A stretch of 64,000 nt of DNA from positions 70,153-134,152 of the IMG/VR virus record IMGVR_UViG_3300045988_165036, one strand, 5' to 3'. Numbering within the stretch: position 1 is the first letter of the stretch; each line of letters opens with the position of its first letter. Origin of the DNA: a virus. The notes below the pieces were generated by a model that was not told the DNA's origin, did no database searches, and saw only the letters and a program-made list of their open reading frames with translations. This document shows positions 37,978 through 47,160 of this stretch, one piece after another. The translations under genes were made by a program, and so were the position numbers.

Positions 37978-38304
37978 ATGAAGTATTATTCAGAAGTTCT
38001 TAACAAAAATTTCGACACCGTTGAAGACCTTGAGACTGCCGAGAAAAGAGAAAAGGAAAGAGTTATTGTGAAAACAAAAGAGGATGCGGCTCTAAAAGCA
38101 GAAATTGATGCCGCCAAGAAAATTCGTGATGATGCTAAGGCCGATTATTGTACCGCTCTTAATGCGTGTCATGAAGCTTTGTCTCGATGGAATGAGGCAG
38201 AAAAGAAACTGAGCGATGTGGAAGCAAAAAATAGATCTGTTATGGGTTCACCTAAAACAAGCGATGAACTTAAAAGACTTATAGAGAAATGGTTTTTTAT
38301 TTGA
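37978..38304 (+). CDS. Hypothetical coiled-coil protein
   Basis: AAGGAGA RBS; K/E/A-rich heptad-like sequence. Confidence 0.55.
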   Translation: MKYYSEVLNKNFDTVEDLETAEKREKERVIVKTKEDAALKAEIDAAKKIRDDAKADYCTALNACHEALSRWNEAEKKLSDVEAKNRSVMGSPKTSDELKRLIEKWFFI

Positions 38305-38334
38305 AGTTTTAGTACATAAAAATATATTATGTTT

Positions 38335-38368
38335 AAAAAAGGGCAATCCCATCGGACTGCCCTTTTTT
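38335..38368. terminator. Bidirectional intrinsic terminator, AAAAAAGGGCA..TGCCCTTTTTT
   Basis: Stem flanked by an A-run and a T-run at the convergence point. Confidence 0.7.
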
Positions 38369-38405
38369 ATGTGCCGCCGCGTTGCGGGGTTGGGCAACAA
38401 AAATA

Positions 38406-38456
38406 AAATTTTGGTTCTGGAAAATTTTGGGCGCGGCAAGCAAATTTTGGGCGCGG
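38406..38456 (+). repeat. Tandem units of about 20 nt, AAATTTTGG(G/T)(C/T)(G/C)(C/T)GG (two exact copies and one degenerate)
   Basis: AAATTTTGGGCGCGG at 38422 and 38442; AAATTTTGGTTCTGG at 38406. Confidence 0.75.
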
Positions 38457-38663
38457 TTCTATGAAAGGGGGCGGGTGGGAAAAATAGGCGGGCGCCGCGT
38501 AAAAGAAAAAATTATGCCCCGCCCTTTAAAAAAAATATCGCCCAGCGACATAATGATCCCTCTCGGATTTTTTAATTTGGTGTCGGGATCAAGACACCGG
38601 GAAGCTTTAGGGTTTGCTTCCCTCAAAATTATTTTCCCATCTTTCCGACGTCACCAAAAGGCG

Positions 38664-38706
38664 GGGCTGGGATAGCACCTGATAACGCTCAGATGCTTCA
38701 GGAAGC
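38664..38706 (-). repeat. Conserved hairpin element, copy B
   Basis: GGGCTGGGAT + AGCACCTGA-TAACGC-TCAGATGCT. See copy A at 44825. Confidence 0.75.
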
Positions 38707-39040
38707 GTAGAAATAGAAGAAACACGGTTTTCTTTATTTGCGGATGACCGTAAACCCAAACGGCTTTCACTTCATCTTAACTCACTTTATCTCAACGATG
38801 AAGTTCGATGAAAGCAAGAACAAAACATAAAAAAAAGACAATGCCAAAGGCACTCATTGCATCACCTCCTTTCTACTTCTCTACTTCGAAAAATAGAACA
38901 TCAGAAAGAAATAGATGGCAGATAAAACCCAGAACACAATTGCTTCAATCTTTCCACACATTTCTTTCGAGTCTTTCCAACATCGTCGAACCAAAAGCCC
39001 CAAAACCAGTAGAAGTATCATTAGCTTTCATCACCTCCTT

Positions 39041-39508
39041 TCATTTTCCAACAGAAATAATATTTTCCAATTTGACATCAAAAACATCAAGGTTTGATTT
39101 GATCCAATATGATGGGATAGTAATTGAGCGAACATCCTCTTCAGACGCAACTTCCCCATTTATATACCAACAAACCTTGACATTTCCTCCATTTGGAATA
39201 GTGGCGAATGTAATATACTTTTGTGAAGAATCGGATATCTTCTCTTTCATGATATTCCGATATCCATCGCACCACCTCCACCATTGAGTGTGTGTGGAAG
39301 TAATGGACTGAGACATTGTTGCTCTTCGTTCTTTTACCGCAGAAAGGTTAGAGTACGAGACTCCAACCCTAACAGTCGCTTCTACGATTTTCTCAATCTT
39401 ACAATCTTTGAATTTCGCAGAAGGTTTGACGTCTGTACGATATTTGATTCGTACAAATGCCCCATGCCTTAAAGACCTAACTTTCTCAATGATGCCAGTC
39501 ATAATCAA
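39041..39508 (-). CDS. Hypothetical protein
   Basis: ORF from the track. Confidence 0.5.
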   Translation of the reverse strand: MIMTGIIEKVRSLRHGAFVRIKYRTDVKPSAKFKDCKIEKIVEATVRVGVSYSNLSAVKERRATMSQSITSTHTQWWRWCDGYRNIMKEKISDSSQKYITFATIPNGGNVKVCWYINGEVASEEDVRSITIPSYWIKSNLDVFDVKLENIISVGK

Positions 39509-40116
39509 TTTTCCTCCTCATCATCATTCTTATCTTCGTCTTCGCTCCAACTGTCAATCTCTTCCTGAATCTCGTCATTCTCAAAAGCACACTCGCGATC
39601 AACAACAACTCTCGCAATGTCATCGGGATAAATCCAGTCAGTCGGGCAATCTGTCGACTCGAAGTTGCCATAGCCGTTGTAACAGAAGTAGTCGTGATTC
39701 GGATTGAAGTCTCCGTAGACGATGCTGCGGGCAATATCACTCGGGGTCATTCCTTCGCAGATTTCGTCGAATCTCTCCATCTCGATGATTTCGTCATCGT
39801 AATCATTGGTTTCGTAGCAATACTCGTTGTGGAGCGCCACTGCGTCCGAATCGTCCATATCCTCGATAATGCTCTTGATTGCCTCAACCTTCTCATCGTA
39901 AGTCTTCATAGTTTTGTTCTCCTTTTTATTTTCAATATTTTTGTTTTCGTTGGTGGTTTCAGTCAGAGTGCCGTTGTTGATTGTGTTGTTGACATAGTTC
40001 GTGAAGATTGTTCCAAGTTCGTCTGCGTCGTGGTTGTCTCCGAAAAGTGCCTTTATTTCTTCCAAAACCTGTCCTTCCGTGATGTTTTGTCCTGCTAAAT
40101 TGCGAAAAGTTCTCAT
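39505..40116 (-). CDS. Highly acidic hypothetical protein
   Basis: GGAGG RBS before MRTFRN; D/E-rich C-terminus. Confidence 0.5.
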   Translation of the reverse strand: MRTFRNLAGQNITEGQVLEEIKALFGDNHDADELGTIFTNYVNNTINNGTLTETTNENKNIENKKENKTMKTYDEKVEAIKSIIEDMDDSDAVALHNEYCYETNDYDDEIIEMERFDEICEGMTPSDIARSIVYGDFNPNHDYFCYNGYGNFESTDCPTDWIYPDDIARVVVDRECAFENDEIQEEIDSWSEDEDKNDDEEEN

Positions 40117-40134
40117 TTCTGTTTCCTCCATTTA

Positions 40135-40512
40135 TTATTTGATGTTGTTTTTATGAATTGCGTAGGTCCAATAGATGACATCGGTATTTGCGTCGATGAA
40201 TTTGTCTTCCACGAGACGCCCAACTCGATATATGACATAGTCGTCCATTTCATCGTAAAGTTCCACGGAGACAACCAATCCAAGCCAGTTGCCGTTTTCT
40301 CCAATCTGCGGAAGCTCCGAAAGCGAATCAACAACCCTCGCATTTCCGAACCACTGACGAACTTCCTCCAGTGTCTCCGAACAGTTCAGAAGATACTGAT
40401 TGAACGAGTAGTCGTATTCTTCTGGGGTTTCCTTCTTCAACTCTTCGAACTCCTTTCTCAATTCTTCCTCTGTGATGATTTCTCCAGTGTTAGTGTCTCT
40501 AAACTTTCTCAT
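40135..40512 (-). CDS. Hypothetical protein
   Basis: ORF from the track. Confidence 0.5.
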   Translation of the reverse strand: MRKFRDTNTGEIITEEELRKEFEELKKETPEEYDYSFNQYLLNCSETLEEVRQWFGNARVVDSLSELPQIGENGNWLGLVVSVELYDEMDDYVIYRVGRLVEDKFIDANTDVIYWTYAIHKNNIK

Positions 40513-40650
40513 ATTTTTCCTTTCTGCCTGGTTTTGCCGCCGGGCGCAGCTTTTCTAAAATTCTTATATTCCAAACTCTATTATACCGTTTTTTCCATGT
40601 TGATTTGTCTGTTGTAGCAAAGTCTCATTGTTTCGCTTCCTCAATACTTT

Positions 40651-40935
40651 TCACTGATTGTAATCAGCATATTTTTTCATAAGTCTCAAAAATTCAAAGG
40701 CTGCTTTTCCGTTCGGAGCGATGAGCCTTATATATTCAGGCTTTTCGATAATCTTAAACTCCAGCTCGTCAGCAAGCGAGAATGCCATCTTGTCGGAAGT
40801 CATCAAATGACCTTCCCGCTTCCAGAAAAGCCGCCGCTTGTCAACTTTCCAGTAAATTCCGTGATATTCGAGCGGAGTACCGTTCTTCGTCATGTCGAAC
40901 GGTACCAAGAAGAATGCGATTTTTTCGTTTTTCAT
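40651..40935 (-). CDS. Hypothetical protein
   Basis: ORF from the track. Confidence 0.5.
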   Translation of the reverse strand: MKNEKIAFFLVPFDMTKNGTPLEYHGIYWKVDKRRLFWKREGHLMTSDKMAFSLADELEFKIIEKPEYIRLIAPNGKAAFEFLRLMKKYADYNQ

Positions 40936-40996
40936 TTTTCTTTCCTTTCTCCCCCGTCAAGCCGATAGGACAACTAATTGTTAAATTTTTGTTAAT

Positions 40997-41137
40997 TCAG
41001 AACGGTAATGTGTCGCAACTCAAATGCCTGTCAAGCCAGTCGTAGGTCTTCGGAAAGCGATCCATCATCCAAGCCCAGAAATGTCTTCTTCTGCGTTTTT
41101 TCCGAGTCTCAATTGCACTTTGCCTTTGTTTCTTCAT
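40997..41137 (-). CDS. Small basic protein (46 aa), below the track cutoff
   Basis: ATGA overlap with the upstream gene; GGAGGG RBS; MKKQRQSAIETRKKRRRRH. Confidence 0.45.
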   Translation of the reverse strand: MKKQRQSAIETRKKRRRRHFWAWMMDRFPKTYDWLDRHLSCDTLPF

Positions 41138-41487
41138 ATCTTTCCCTCCTTTCTCAATTCGTTAAAATTCTTCATTGTCGTATATTTCCAACCGTCGCAG
41201 TCAGTCATATACCAAATGATAACCGGGTTATTGTCTTTGTCAAGTGCCACTCCTTTGAACTGTAAAGCCAAGTCGTCGTTGCTTCTTGCGTCTACGTTCG
41301 TGTTCCAGATTGCGGCATATTCTCCACTCGAAGTGTAAGGAAGTCCGTAGGTCAGTTCGACGTTCCTCTCACGCTTTCCGTGAACAATCCGCAGACTTTT
41401 GTCGAGCCATTTCACTGCGGCAACGGCAATCTTGTACTGATTTTTGTAGTCGGTCCATTCTCTTACTTCATTCGGATAAATTTCCAT
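41134..41487 (-). CDS. Hypothetical protein
   Basis: ORF from the track. Confidence 0.5.
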   Translation of the reverse strand: MEIYPNEVREWTDYKNQYKIAVAAVKWLDKSLRIVHGKRERNVELTYGLPYTSSGEYAAIWNTNVDARSNDDLALQFKGVALDKDNNPVIIWYMTDCDGWKYTTMKNFNELRKEGKI

Positions 41488-41559
41488 TTTGGAATTCCTT
41501 TCTTCGGTTTTATTGAGGTTATCCGAAAACTCATAATTTTTTAGTTTCGTAGCTATAAT

Positions 41560-41853
41560 TCAGTCAATGTTGTCGAACACGTCAGTCGCAATTGCCTGCT
41601 TCGAGTCCGCTGTCACGCAGACTCCACGGCACCGGTCGTAATTGTTGTCGAGGAAGAAGATATATTCTTCGCCGTTGCTGTAAACAGCGTATTCTACGCC
41701 CTTCCATCCACTGTTTGCATGTTTAACGGTGGGGGAGACATATCTCTCCACAAATGCGCTCTTCGAGAGTTGGCATTCGCTCATTTCACGGAAATGAAGT
41801 TCCTTAAATCCCTTTTCCTCGAGATCGTGCGGGTAAACTTTGTTCTGTTTCAT
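41560..41853 (-). CDS. Hypothetical protein
   Basis: ORF from the track. Confidence 0.5.
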   Translation of the reverse strand: MKQNKVYPHDLEEKGFKELHFREMSECQLSKSAFVERYVSPTVKHANSGWKGVEYAVYSNGEEYIFFLDNNYDRCRGVCVTADSKQAIATDVFDNID

Positions 41854-41870
41854 TGTTTTATTCTCCTTTT

Positions 41871-42047
41871 TTAATCTTCGGCTTCATAAACTTCTGTTGT
41901 AGCATCTACGATTTTTCCGTAAGAGTAGTCGAAGTCTCCACTTTCTTGCGTTTCCTTAAATTTTTCCTTTGCCTCATTTTCATCATTGGCCTCTACATAA
42001 AAAGTATGAGACAAAATTTCTTTGTAAATAACAACGTAGGTCTTCAT
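41871..42047 (-). CDS. Hypothetical small acidic protein
   Basis: Internal ATG (MKTYVVIYKE), chosen to avoid overlap with 42097-42564. Confidence 0.45.
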   Translation of the reverse strand: MKTYVVIYKEILSHTFYVEANDENEAKEKFKETQESGDFDYSYGKIVDATTEVYEAED

Positions 42048-42096
42048 AGTTTTATCCTTTCTGCTCGTTTGATGGTCGAATCGCCCAACCAATTGT

Positions 42097-42564
42097 TTAA
42101 ATTGATTCGATATGCGCTGGGACGAGACGGAACCGAGCGTATCTCGGATATTCCAGATAATTGTCAAATTCCTGTGCTGTCATTCTGTTGATGATACCTT
42201 CCATCTGATTCCAATAGAACGGACCTGCGAGGAAGTAGAAACATTTGCTTTCAATTTCCCTTCCAGTTTCCTCATCGAAATAGATGAAAAGTTTCGCAGA
42301 ATATTTCAAACCATCTTCATAATAAAATCCGATATCCTCAATTCTGCGAATTTTGTCGATGTCGCGGATGTTTGCGTTATTGCTTAGTTTCGTTTTTACT
42401 TTATCCGTCTCCTTTCTTTTTCTTTCTTCTTTGTTCAATGATTCATAGTATTTCATCGTCTCTTCACTCGCAGAAGATTCGACGATAAGCTTGTTGTCGT
42501 CGGTGATTTCATAATAACCTGTAAGCCTTGGTCTTCCATTGACAATGTGTTTGATGTGATACAT
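42097..42564 (-). CDS. Hypothetical protein
   Basis: ORF from the track. Confidence 0.5.
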   Translation of the reverse strand: MYHIKHIVNGRPRLTGYYEITDDNKLIVESSASEETMKYYESLNKEERKRKETDKVKTKLSNNANIRDIDKIRRIEDIGFYYEDGLKYSAKLFIYFDEETGREIESKCFYFLAGPFYWNQMEGIINRMTAQEFDNYLEYPRYARFRLVPAHIESI

Positions 42565-42565
42565 T

Positions 42566-42829
42566 TCATTTCACCTCCTTCTTGTCTAAAGATGGAATAT
42601 ACTGGAAGGCGATGTCATACATCTTCCTTCCGGTGATTTGGTCTTTAAATGTTTGGATGGACACTCCATCTCGAAGATTGCTGTCGTAGCCGTTCTCGTC
42701 AGCCCATTCTGTGATGACTTTTGTTGCCAGTGGTGTAACATAAACGTAGAGGTCGTAGTAATAATGATCAATGTCTTCAGGCGGATAACCCGCTTCAAGC
42801 AGGCGTTCCATAAGAGATTTGTTATTCAT
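42566..42829 (-). CDS. Hypothetical protein
   Basis: AAGGAGGTG RBS. Confidence 0.5.
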   Translation of the reverse strand: MNNKSLMERLLEAGYPPEDIDHYYYDLYVYVTPLATKVITEWADENGYDSNLRDGVSIQTFKDQITGRKMYDIAFQYIPSLDKKEVK

Positions 42830-42953
42830 TTATCTCACCTCCTTTTAATAATCATGAAAATTGGAATAATTCCAAAAAGGAACAATCCTTTGACCGTTTT
42901 AATAGTATCATTATATTGATACCCTTTTGTAAAAACTTTCCAAACAAACATAA

Positions 42954-43148
42954 TTAGTTTTCCTCCTTTCTCAGTCTTTCGACGATTTTGTTTTCAAGAT
43001 CGTAGTAGGTATCACCGAAGATGCGAGCCTCATCTTCTTCATCTGCTCTCCATTTGTCGGGAAGCGTGATGTCGAGTTCGTCGAGCAGTTCCTCGAAAAT
43101 GTCGATGATGTCGGCGGCGAGATTAGTGATGTTGTTGTTGGTGTCCAT
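42954..43148 (-). CDS. Hypothetical acidic protein
   Basis: ORF from the track. Confidence 0.45.
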   Translation of the reverse strand: MDTNNNITNLAADIIDIFEELLDELDITLPDKWRADEEDEARIFGDTYYDLENKIVERLRKEEN

Positions 43149-43200
43149 AATTTGTTTCCTTTCTGCCTTTCGGCTTTAAAATTGTGGTTTTATTTAAGCT

Positions 43201-43500
43201 TTAAACCAGCTCGATGTCTTTCTTGGCGACATACCAGCAACCATCGCCTTTGGTTTTACCTTCTGGCCAACGAATATGATATGGAGCGATATAATCGATA
43301 CTTTCAATTCCAATAACTACTCCAATTGTTCCCTTTGGCGGGAAATAACCAGATTCTTTGTCCTCTTTGGAATCTTCTGTGATATACCGAACTTTGTCAC
43401 CAATCTCAATTCCCCGGATTTTAGTCTCTCCTCTGAGACATTCATAACAATTGTCTGTACAGTTGGTTGTAGCCTTTGCAATTTCGCAATACTGTGCCAT
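43201..43500 (-). CDS. Hypothetical protein
   Basis: ATG (MAQYCEIAK) after an RBS. Confidence 0.5.
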   Translation of the reverse strand: MAQYCEIAKATTNCTDNCYECLRGETKIRGIEIGDKVRYITEDSKEDKESGYFPPKGTIGVVIGIESIDYIAPYHIRWPEGKTKGDGCWYVAKKDIELV

Positions 43501-43516
43501 TTTCTTTTTCCCCTTT

Positions 43517-43789
43517 TTATATATCAAAATATTTTTTAGCGTATTGATCAATGAATATGTCAACGGGCGTTTCCTTAACTGTAAGCATTCGACACAGGGC
43601 GTCAATTTGGAGGTCTGTTTCTTGTATCATCAATATTCTTTTAACCCAAGATTTTCTATCCTCAACAGTCCTTTTATTAAGAAACGGTCTTTTTGAAAAA
43701 ATCAAAAAGTCATCCAACATTTGGATCTTGTCGTCCACATATTGCTCTTTGGTTCTTTCTTCATTGTAAATGTTTGCGAATTTTCCCAT
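43517..43789 (-). CDS. Hypothetical protein
   Basis: AAAGGAGAA RBS before MGKFANIY. Confidence 0.5.
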   Translation of the reverse strand: MGKFANIYNEERTKEQYVDDKIQMLDDFLIFSKRPFLNKRTVEDRKSWVKRILMIQETDLQIDALCRMLTVKETPVDIFIDQYAKKYFDI

Positions 43790-43805
43790 TTTCAGTTTTC
43801 TCCTT

Positions 43806-44477
43806 TTAATTAAAAATTTTGTAAAATTCAGTAGCAAAAACGACTCTTGTTGTAATTGCCGATTCACTTTGATTTGCAGGGCGTTCGAATACAAGCATGA
43901 ATTCTTTTGCTGCGTTCTCTGGACTATTGGTTTCTTTCAAGAACCTAAACAATTTTGAAAACTCTGGCGTTTTTAGAATTTCGATTAATGTTTCAACTTG
44001 TGTCCTCACATTAGAAACCGATGTCCCATTTGTTCTTGCCATATCAAAAAGGATTTGCTTGAATGAATAATAGGTAAATTGCCATAAGCCATAACCAGCC
44101 GCATCATGGACAAAGTCTATTTCTCCTTTATCTGCAAGGTTTGTATATTCGACATCGGAAATGGCGAACTTGCGGTTATAGAAGTTCTCCAAGTTGTTAG
44201 GGCACAGATCAGATTCCGCTTTTGCGTTGGCAAGGATTCCACAAGCTCCGGCGGGGGAAATTCCGAATTCAACAAGAGTATCATAAACCTGCCTCTCAAC
44301 AGAAACAGGTTTATGAACAACATCATTAGTTGTTTTGATGGTTGAAACCGTGTATTCTTCTGAAGTTTTAATGTCCGGATCACCCGATGTGCCAATATAA
44401 AAAGCGAAGAAAAATACGAGAGCAATGGAGATCAATAAAATAGTAATGACGATGCAACCCCATGTTTTTGTTTTCAT
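43806..44477 (-). CDS. Peptidoglycan hydrolase with an N-terminal TM anchor (phage tail-lysozyme-type domain)
   Basis: N-terminal TM WGCIVITILLISIALVFFFAF; GACGILANAKAES ... AAGYGLWQFT. Confidence 0.55.
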   Translation of the reverse strand: MKTKTWGCIVITILLISIALVFFFAFYIGTSGDPDIKTSEEYTVSTIKTTNDVVHKPVSVERQVYDTLVEFGISPAGACGILANAKAESDLCPNNLENFYNRKFAISDVEYTNLADKGEIDFVHDAAGYGLWQFTYYSFKQILFDMARTNGTSVSNVRTQVETLIEILKTPEFSKLFRFLKETNSPENAAKEFMLVFERPANQSESAITTRVVFATEFYKIFN

Positions 44478-44478
44478 T

Positions 44479-44766
44479 TTAGTTATCCTCCTTTGTATTT
44501 GCGATAGTGTTGATTAAACGTAAGCAAATCTTTCTTGTTGCACCGCCCATTCCTCTGATCGATTTAATGTTCTCGATCATTTCTTCAAATTCTCCACGGT
44601 AATAATAGTCAAGCAATTTTAACCAATTATCATATCCTCCAATAGTGTCTTTGTGTCTCGCGTAAAATAATCTACGCAAAAGTTCGTCTCTTGCTTCGGC
44701 TACGATGTCTCGATCATAGAAGTTAACTGTGCTGTTGTTGATGGAGATGTTCTTGATTGGCTTCAT
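44479..44766 (-). CDS. Hypothetical protein
   Basis: AAAGGAG RBS. Confidence 0.5.
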   Translation of the reverse strand: MKPIKNISINNSTVNFYDRDIVAEARDELLRRLFYARHKDTIGGYDNWLKLLDYYYRGEFEEMIENIKSIRGMGGATRKICLRLINTIANTKEDN

Positions 44767-44824
44767 AGAGAAACTCCTTTCTGCACTTTACCCTGTGCAA
44801 CGGGAAATATGCCCTTGGTGTTTA

Positions 44825-44867
44825 GGGCTGGGATGGCGCTCGATAACGCTCGAACGCCTCAGAGAGC
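44825..44867 (-). repeat. Conserved hairpin element, copy A
   Basis: GGGCTGGGAT + GGCGCTCGA-TAACGC-TCGAACGCC. Same loop and flank as copy B, with four compensatory stem changes. Confidence 0.75.
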
Positions 44868-44878
44868 AAGTTTGAGAA

Positions 44879-45064
44879 TTAATAACGATTGTCGCACCAA
44901 TCGCTTGTTGTGTCCTCGACGAGAGCCTTTTCTCTGCGCTCCCGGTCTTCGCAGATACAACAGAATATTTCATCTTCTGTGAATCCACTGTCGCGAAGGT
45001 GATCGATGAGGGCTTCTTCGGCGTAGGTGAGGTCGAGAGATGCGAGAGTTGCGGTGGTTTTCAT
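44879..45064 (-). CDS. Hypothetical protein
   Basis: ATG MKTTATLASL. Confidence 0.45.
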   Translation of the reverse strand: MKTTATLASLDLTYAEEALIDHLRDSGFTEDEIFCCICEDRERREKALVEDTTSDWCDNRY

Positions 45065-45164
45065 AAAGTAATCCTTTCTGGGTTTTCCTCTGTAATCCAC
45101 GTTGGGTGTCTTGGAAAGCCCACGAAAAAAAATGGTACAAAACCAAATATACATTCTTGTATCA

Positions 45165-45990
45165 TCTTTTCATTTTAAAAAAACTTATATATGTTCTTGT
45201 CTCGCATAAAAATTCCAACCCCTATTTATTTCCCCAATCCGTACACCTATCATCCAAACCAAAATCACAATCTGCCTCTCCCAACGGTTTTATCGCACCA
45301 CAATCCAAATCAATCAACTCCCAGCCACCCTATGCCCCAATCCTAAGTCGCACGCCTTCGTCTCACGCCTTTCACATTCTTTCGCGATATCTTCTCCCTC
45401 CCCTCCACCGCCATATTCCTATTATATCACACCCACATCCAAAAATCATCAACAAATTATAAACATTTTGCATTCTTCACATTAATCTATACTCTATAAC
45501 TCGCCAGCCCCACCATTTGTGCAACAACTGTCTACACAATTCTCCCAACCCCATCCCACCAAATTCAAATTAACCAAACCAAAATTATACCATCAACCCA
45601 ACCTTATTCTCGCACGCCCGCAATCTTTCACATAAATTCTCTCGCAAATGTGAAAAATCTTCACAAGAACTTTTACAAAATGTGAAAATTACAACCACTC
45701 GAAAATTTCGACAAGTTCTGCCACATCTCCACTACCACCCAAATTCGCGCCAAAACTATCTAAAAACTAATACTTTTCGAGCAAAATTCCAACAACCCAT
45801 TATAACCATCTTCATCCGGTTTCAATCAAAAAATTGTCTTGAAACCCTCTGAAAACACCCAAATTCACCAATTTTAACGAATTAAAAACACATCATCTGT
45901 TTTTAATCGATTTTCAACCCGTTACAAATTGTAACGGACTACCGTTATATTTGAATCTAACCGCCTCGAATTCGAAACCTTTGAAAGTCA
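45165..45990. other. Non-coding tract of about 0.8 kb, almost G-free on the + strand, with six TTTCACA / TGTGAAA boxes
   Basis: 45541-45600 has 0 G in 60 nt. Boxes at 45370, 45476, 45626, 45648(rc), 45659 and 45680(rc). Confidence 0.7.
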
Positions 45991-45991
45991 C

Positions 45992-46022
45992 AAAAAAAAA
46001 GAGCCGGTCTTTCAACCGACTC
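45992..46022 (-). terminator. Intrinsic terminator of the 47.3-46.0 kb minus operon
   Basis: Minus strand reads GAGTCGGTtgaaagACCGGCTC followed by T9. Confidence 0.7.
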
Positions 46023-46038
46023 TCAAATATTAAAACCT

Positions 46039-46316
46039 TTACCACAAAACAATTAATAACCCATCATCTTCTCGACTATCGTTAACGACTTTAATGAGAT
46101 ATCCCTTATTCCTCAAAAATTCCGCCAAATCAGATATCTTCATCCCTGAACCTGCAAGGAAAAGCTCGCCGCACTCTAAAACTACCCTGCTGTATCCTGC
46201 CATCGCAGAGTTCTTTATTTTATCTTTCACATACTTAACCACACCGGGATATTTTTTGTCGAAAGAAAGTTTTCCCCTCCTGTTACAAATTTTCAGTGCT
46301 TTTTTGCCGTAAACAT
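46039..46316 (-). CDS. Hypothetical protein, frameshifted at an A6 tract 4 codons after a well-placed ATG
   Basis: AAGGAG-5nt-ATG TTT ACG GCA AAAAAA. With A7 it reads MFTAKKALKICNRRGKLSF.. to the stop at 46039. Confidence 0.45.
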
Positions 46317-46318
46317 AT

Positions 46319-46792
46319 TTACTCCTTATTTTCAATTGGTTTTTCGGAAACAATCTGAACCTCGTATCCAAGTTTCCGTTCGGTTTCTTCAAGAGTCATT
46401 ACCTTTGCGGACGAGTCGGGACGTTGAACCGCAACATAAACATAATAGGGCGATTGTACCTTTGCTGATGGCGTGAGAGGAGACTCAGAGTGTCCTTGCT
46501 GGAGAGAAATATCTCGGCAAGGTTCATAACATGCCTGTGTTGATATGAGCGTACAATCTTTTGGTTTATTAATTGTTTTCAAATGGATTATCCCGTCCAT
46601 CGGAACACACAAATCGGGTATAATCAATTGGTATCTCTCTTCGTCTTTACCAGTACAATCAATCTGCACATCAAGATGAACGTCGCCAAGAGAGTCAGTC
46701 CAGGCTCTATAAATATGAGTAGACCTTTCAATGAACCTTGCGTTGCACAAGTCAATTTCGGTATTAGCTACATAACTGTTATATAAATCCAT
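46319..46792 (-). CDS. Hypothetical protein
   Basis: ORF from the track. Confidence 0.5.
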   Translation of the reverse strand: MDLYNSYVANTEIDLCNARFIERSTHIYRAWTDSLGDVHLDVQIDCTGKDEERYQLIIPDLCVPMDGIIHLKTINKPKDCTLISTQACYEPCRDISLQQGHSESPLTPSAKVQSPYYVYVAVQRPDSSAKVMTLEETERKLGYEVQIVSEKPIENKE

Positions 46793-46929
46793 AATTTATT
46801 CTTTTTCCAATTCCAAAAAAACTATATATTCCCCCCGTCTTCGCCCAAAATGTCTTTTACAATTACGGCAGATTATACCGTACCGGGTGTATTTTCAAGG
46901 TATCGATTCAAAATTATACCCAGACGGGG

Positions 46930-47160
46930 TTAGTTAGGTTTTATAGCATTACTGCCAGATGTTGGCGGCGCAGGTGGTTCCAAACGGCCTTTTGACGGTT
47001 GATAACCACAGGCTCGATCTTGTTTAAACATACTCTCCTCCAGCGCCTCAATAGCGACTTTCAATACCTCTTTGGAAACGCGGTACACATAATCTTCGTC
47101 GAGCCAATCTGCTACACGAACGTGATTCTTTAATTTTTCCAACGCTTCTTGTTTTATCAT
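46930..47160 (-). CDS. Hypothetical protein
   Basis: ATGA overlap with the upstream mini-ORF. Confidence 0.5.
   Translation of the reverse strand: MIKQEALEKLKNHVRVADWLDEDYVYRVSKEVLKVAIEALEESMFKQDRACGYQPSKGRLEPPAPPTSGSNAIKPN

Noticed and set aside
38808-39287. 159-aa plus-strand ORF
   Set aside because: It is low-complexity, has no RBS, and overlaps the better minus-strand gene 39041-39508 and small RBS-equipped minus ORFs.
45106-45462. 118-aa plus-strand ORF in the G-free tract
   Set aside because: The product is low-complexity (P/S/H/K/I-rich) and is a by-product of biased composition. There is no RBS.
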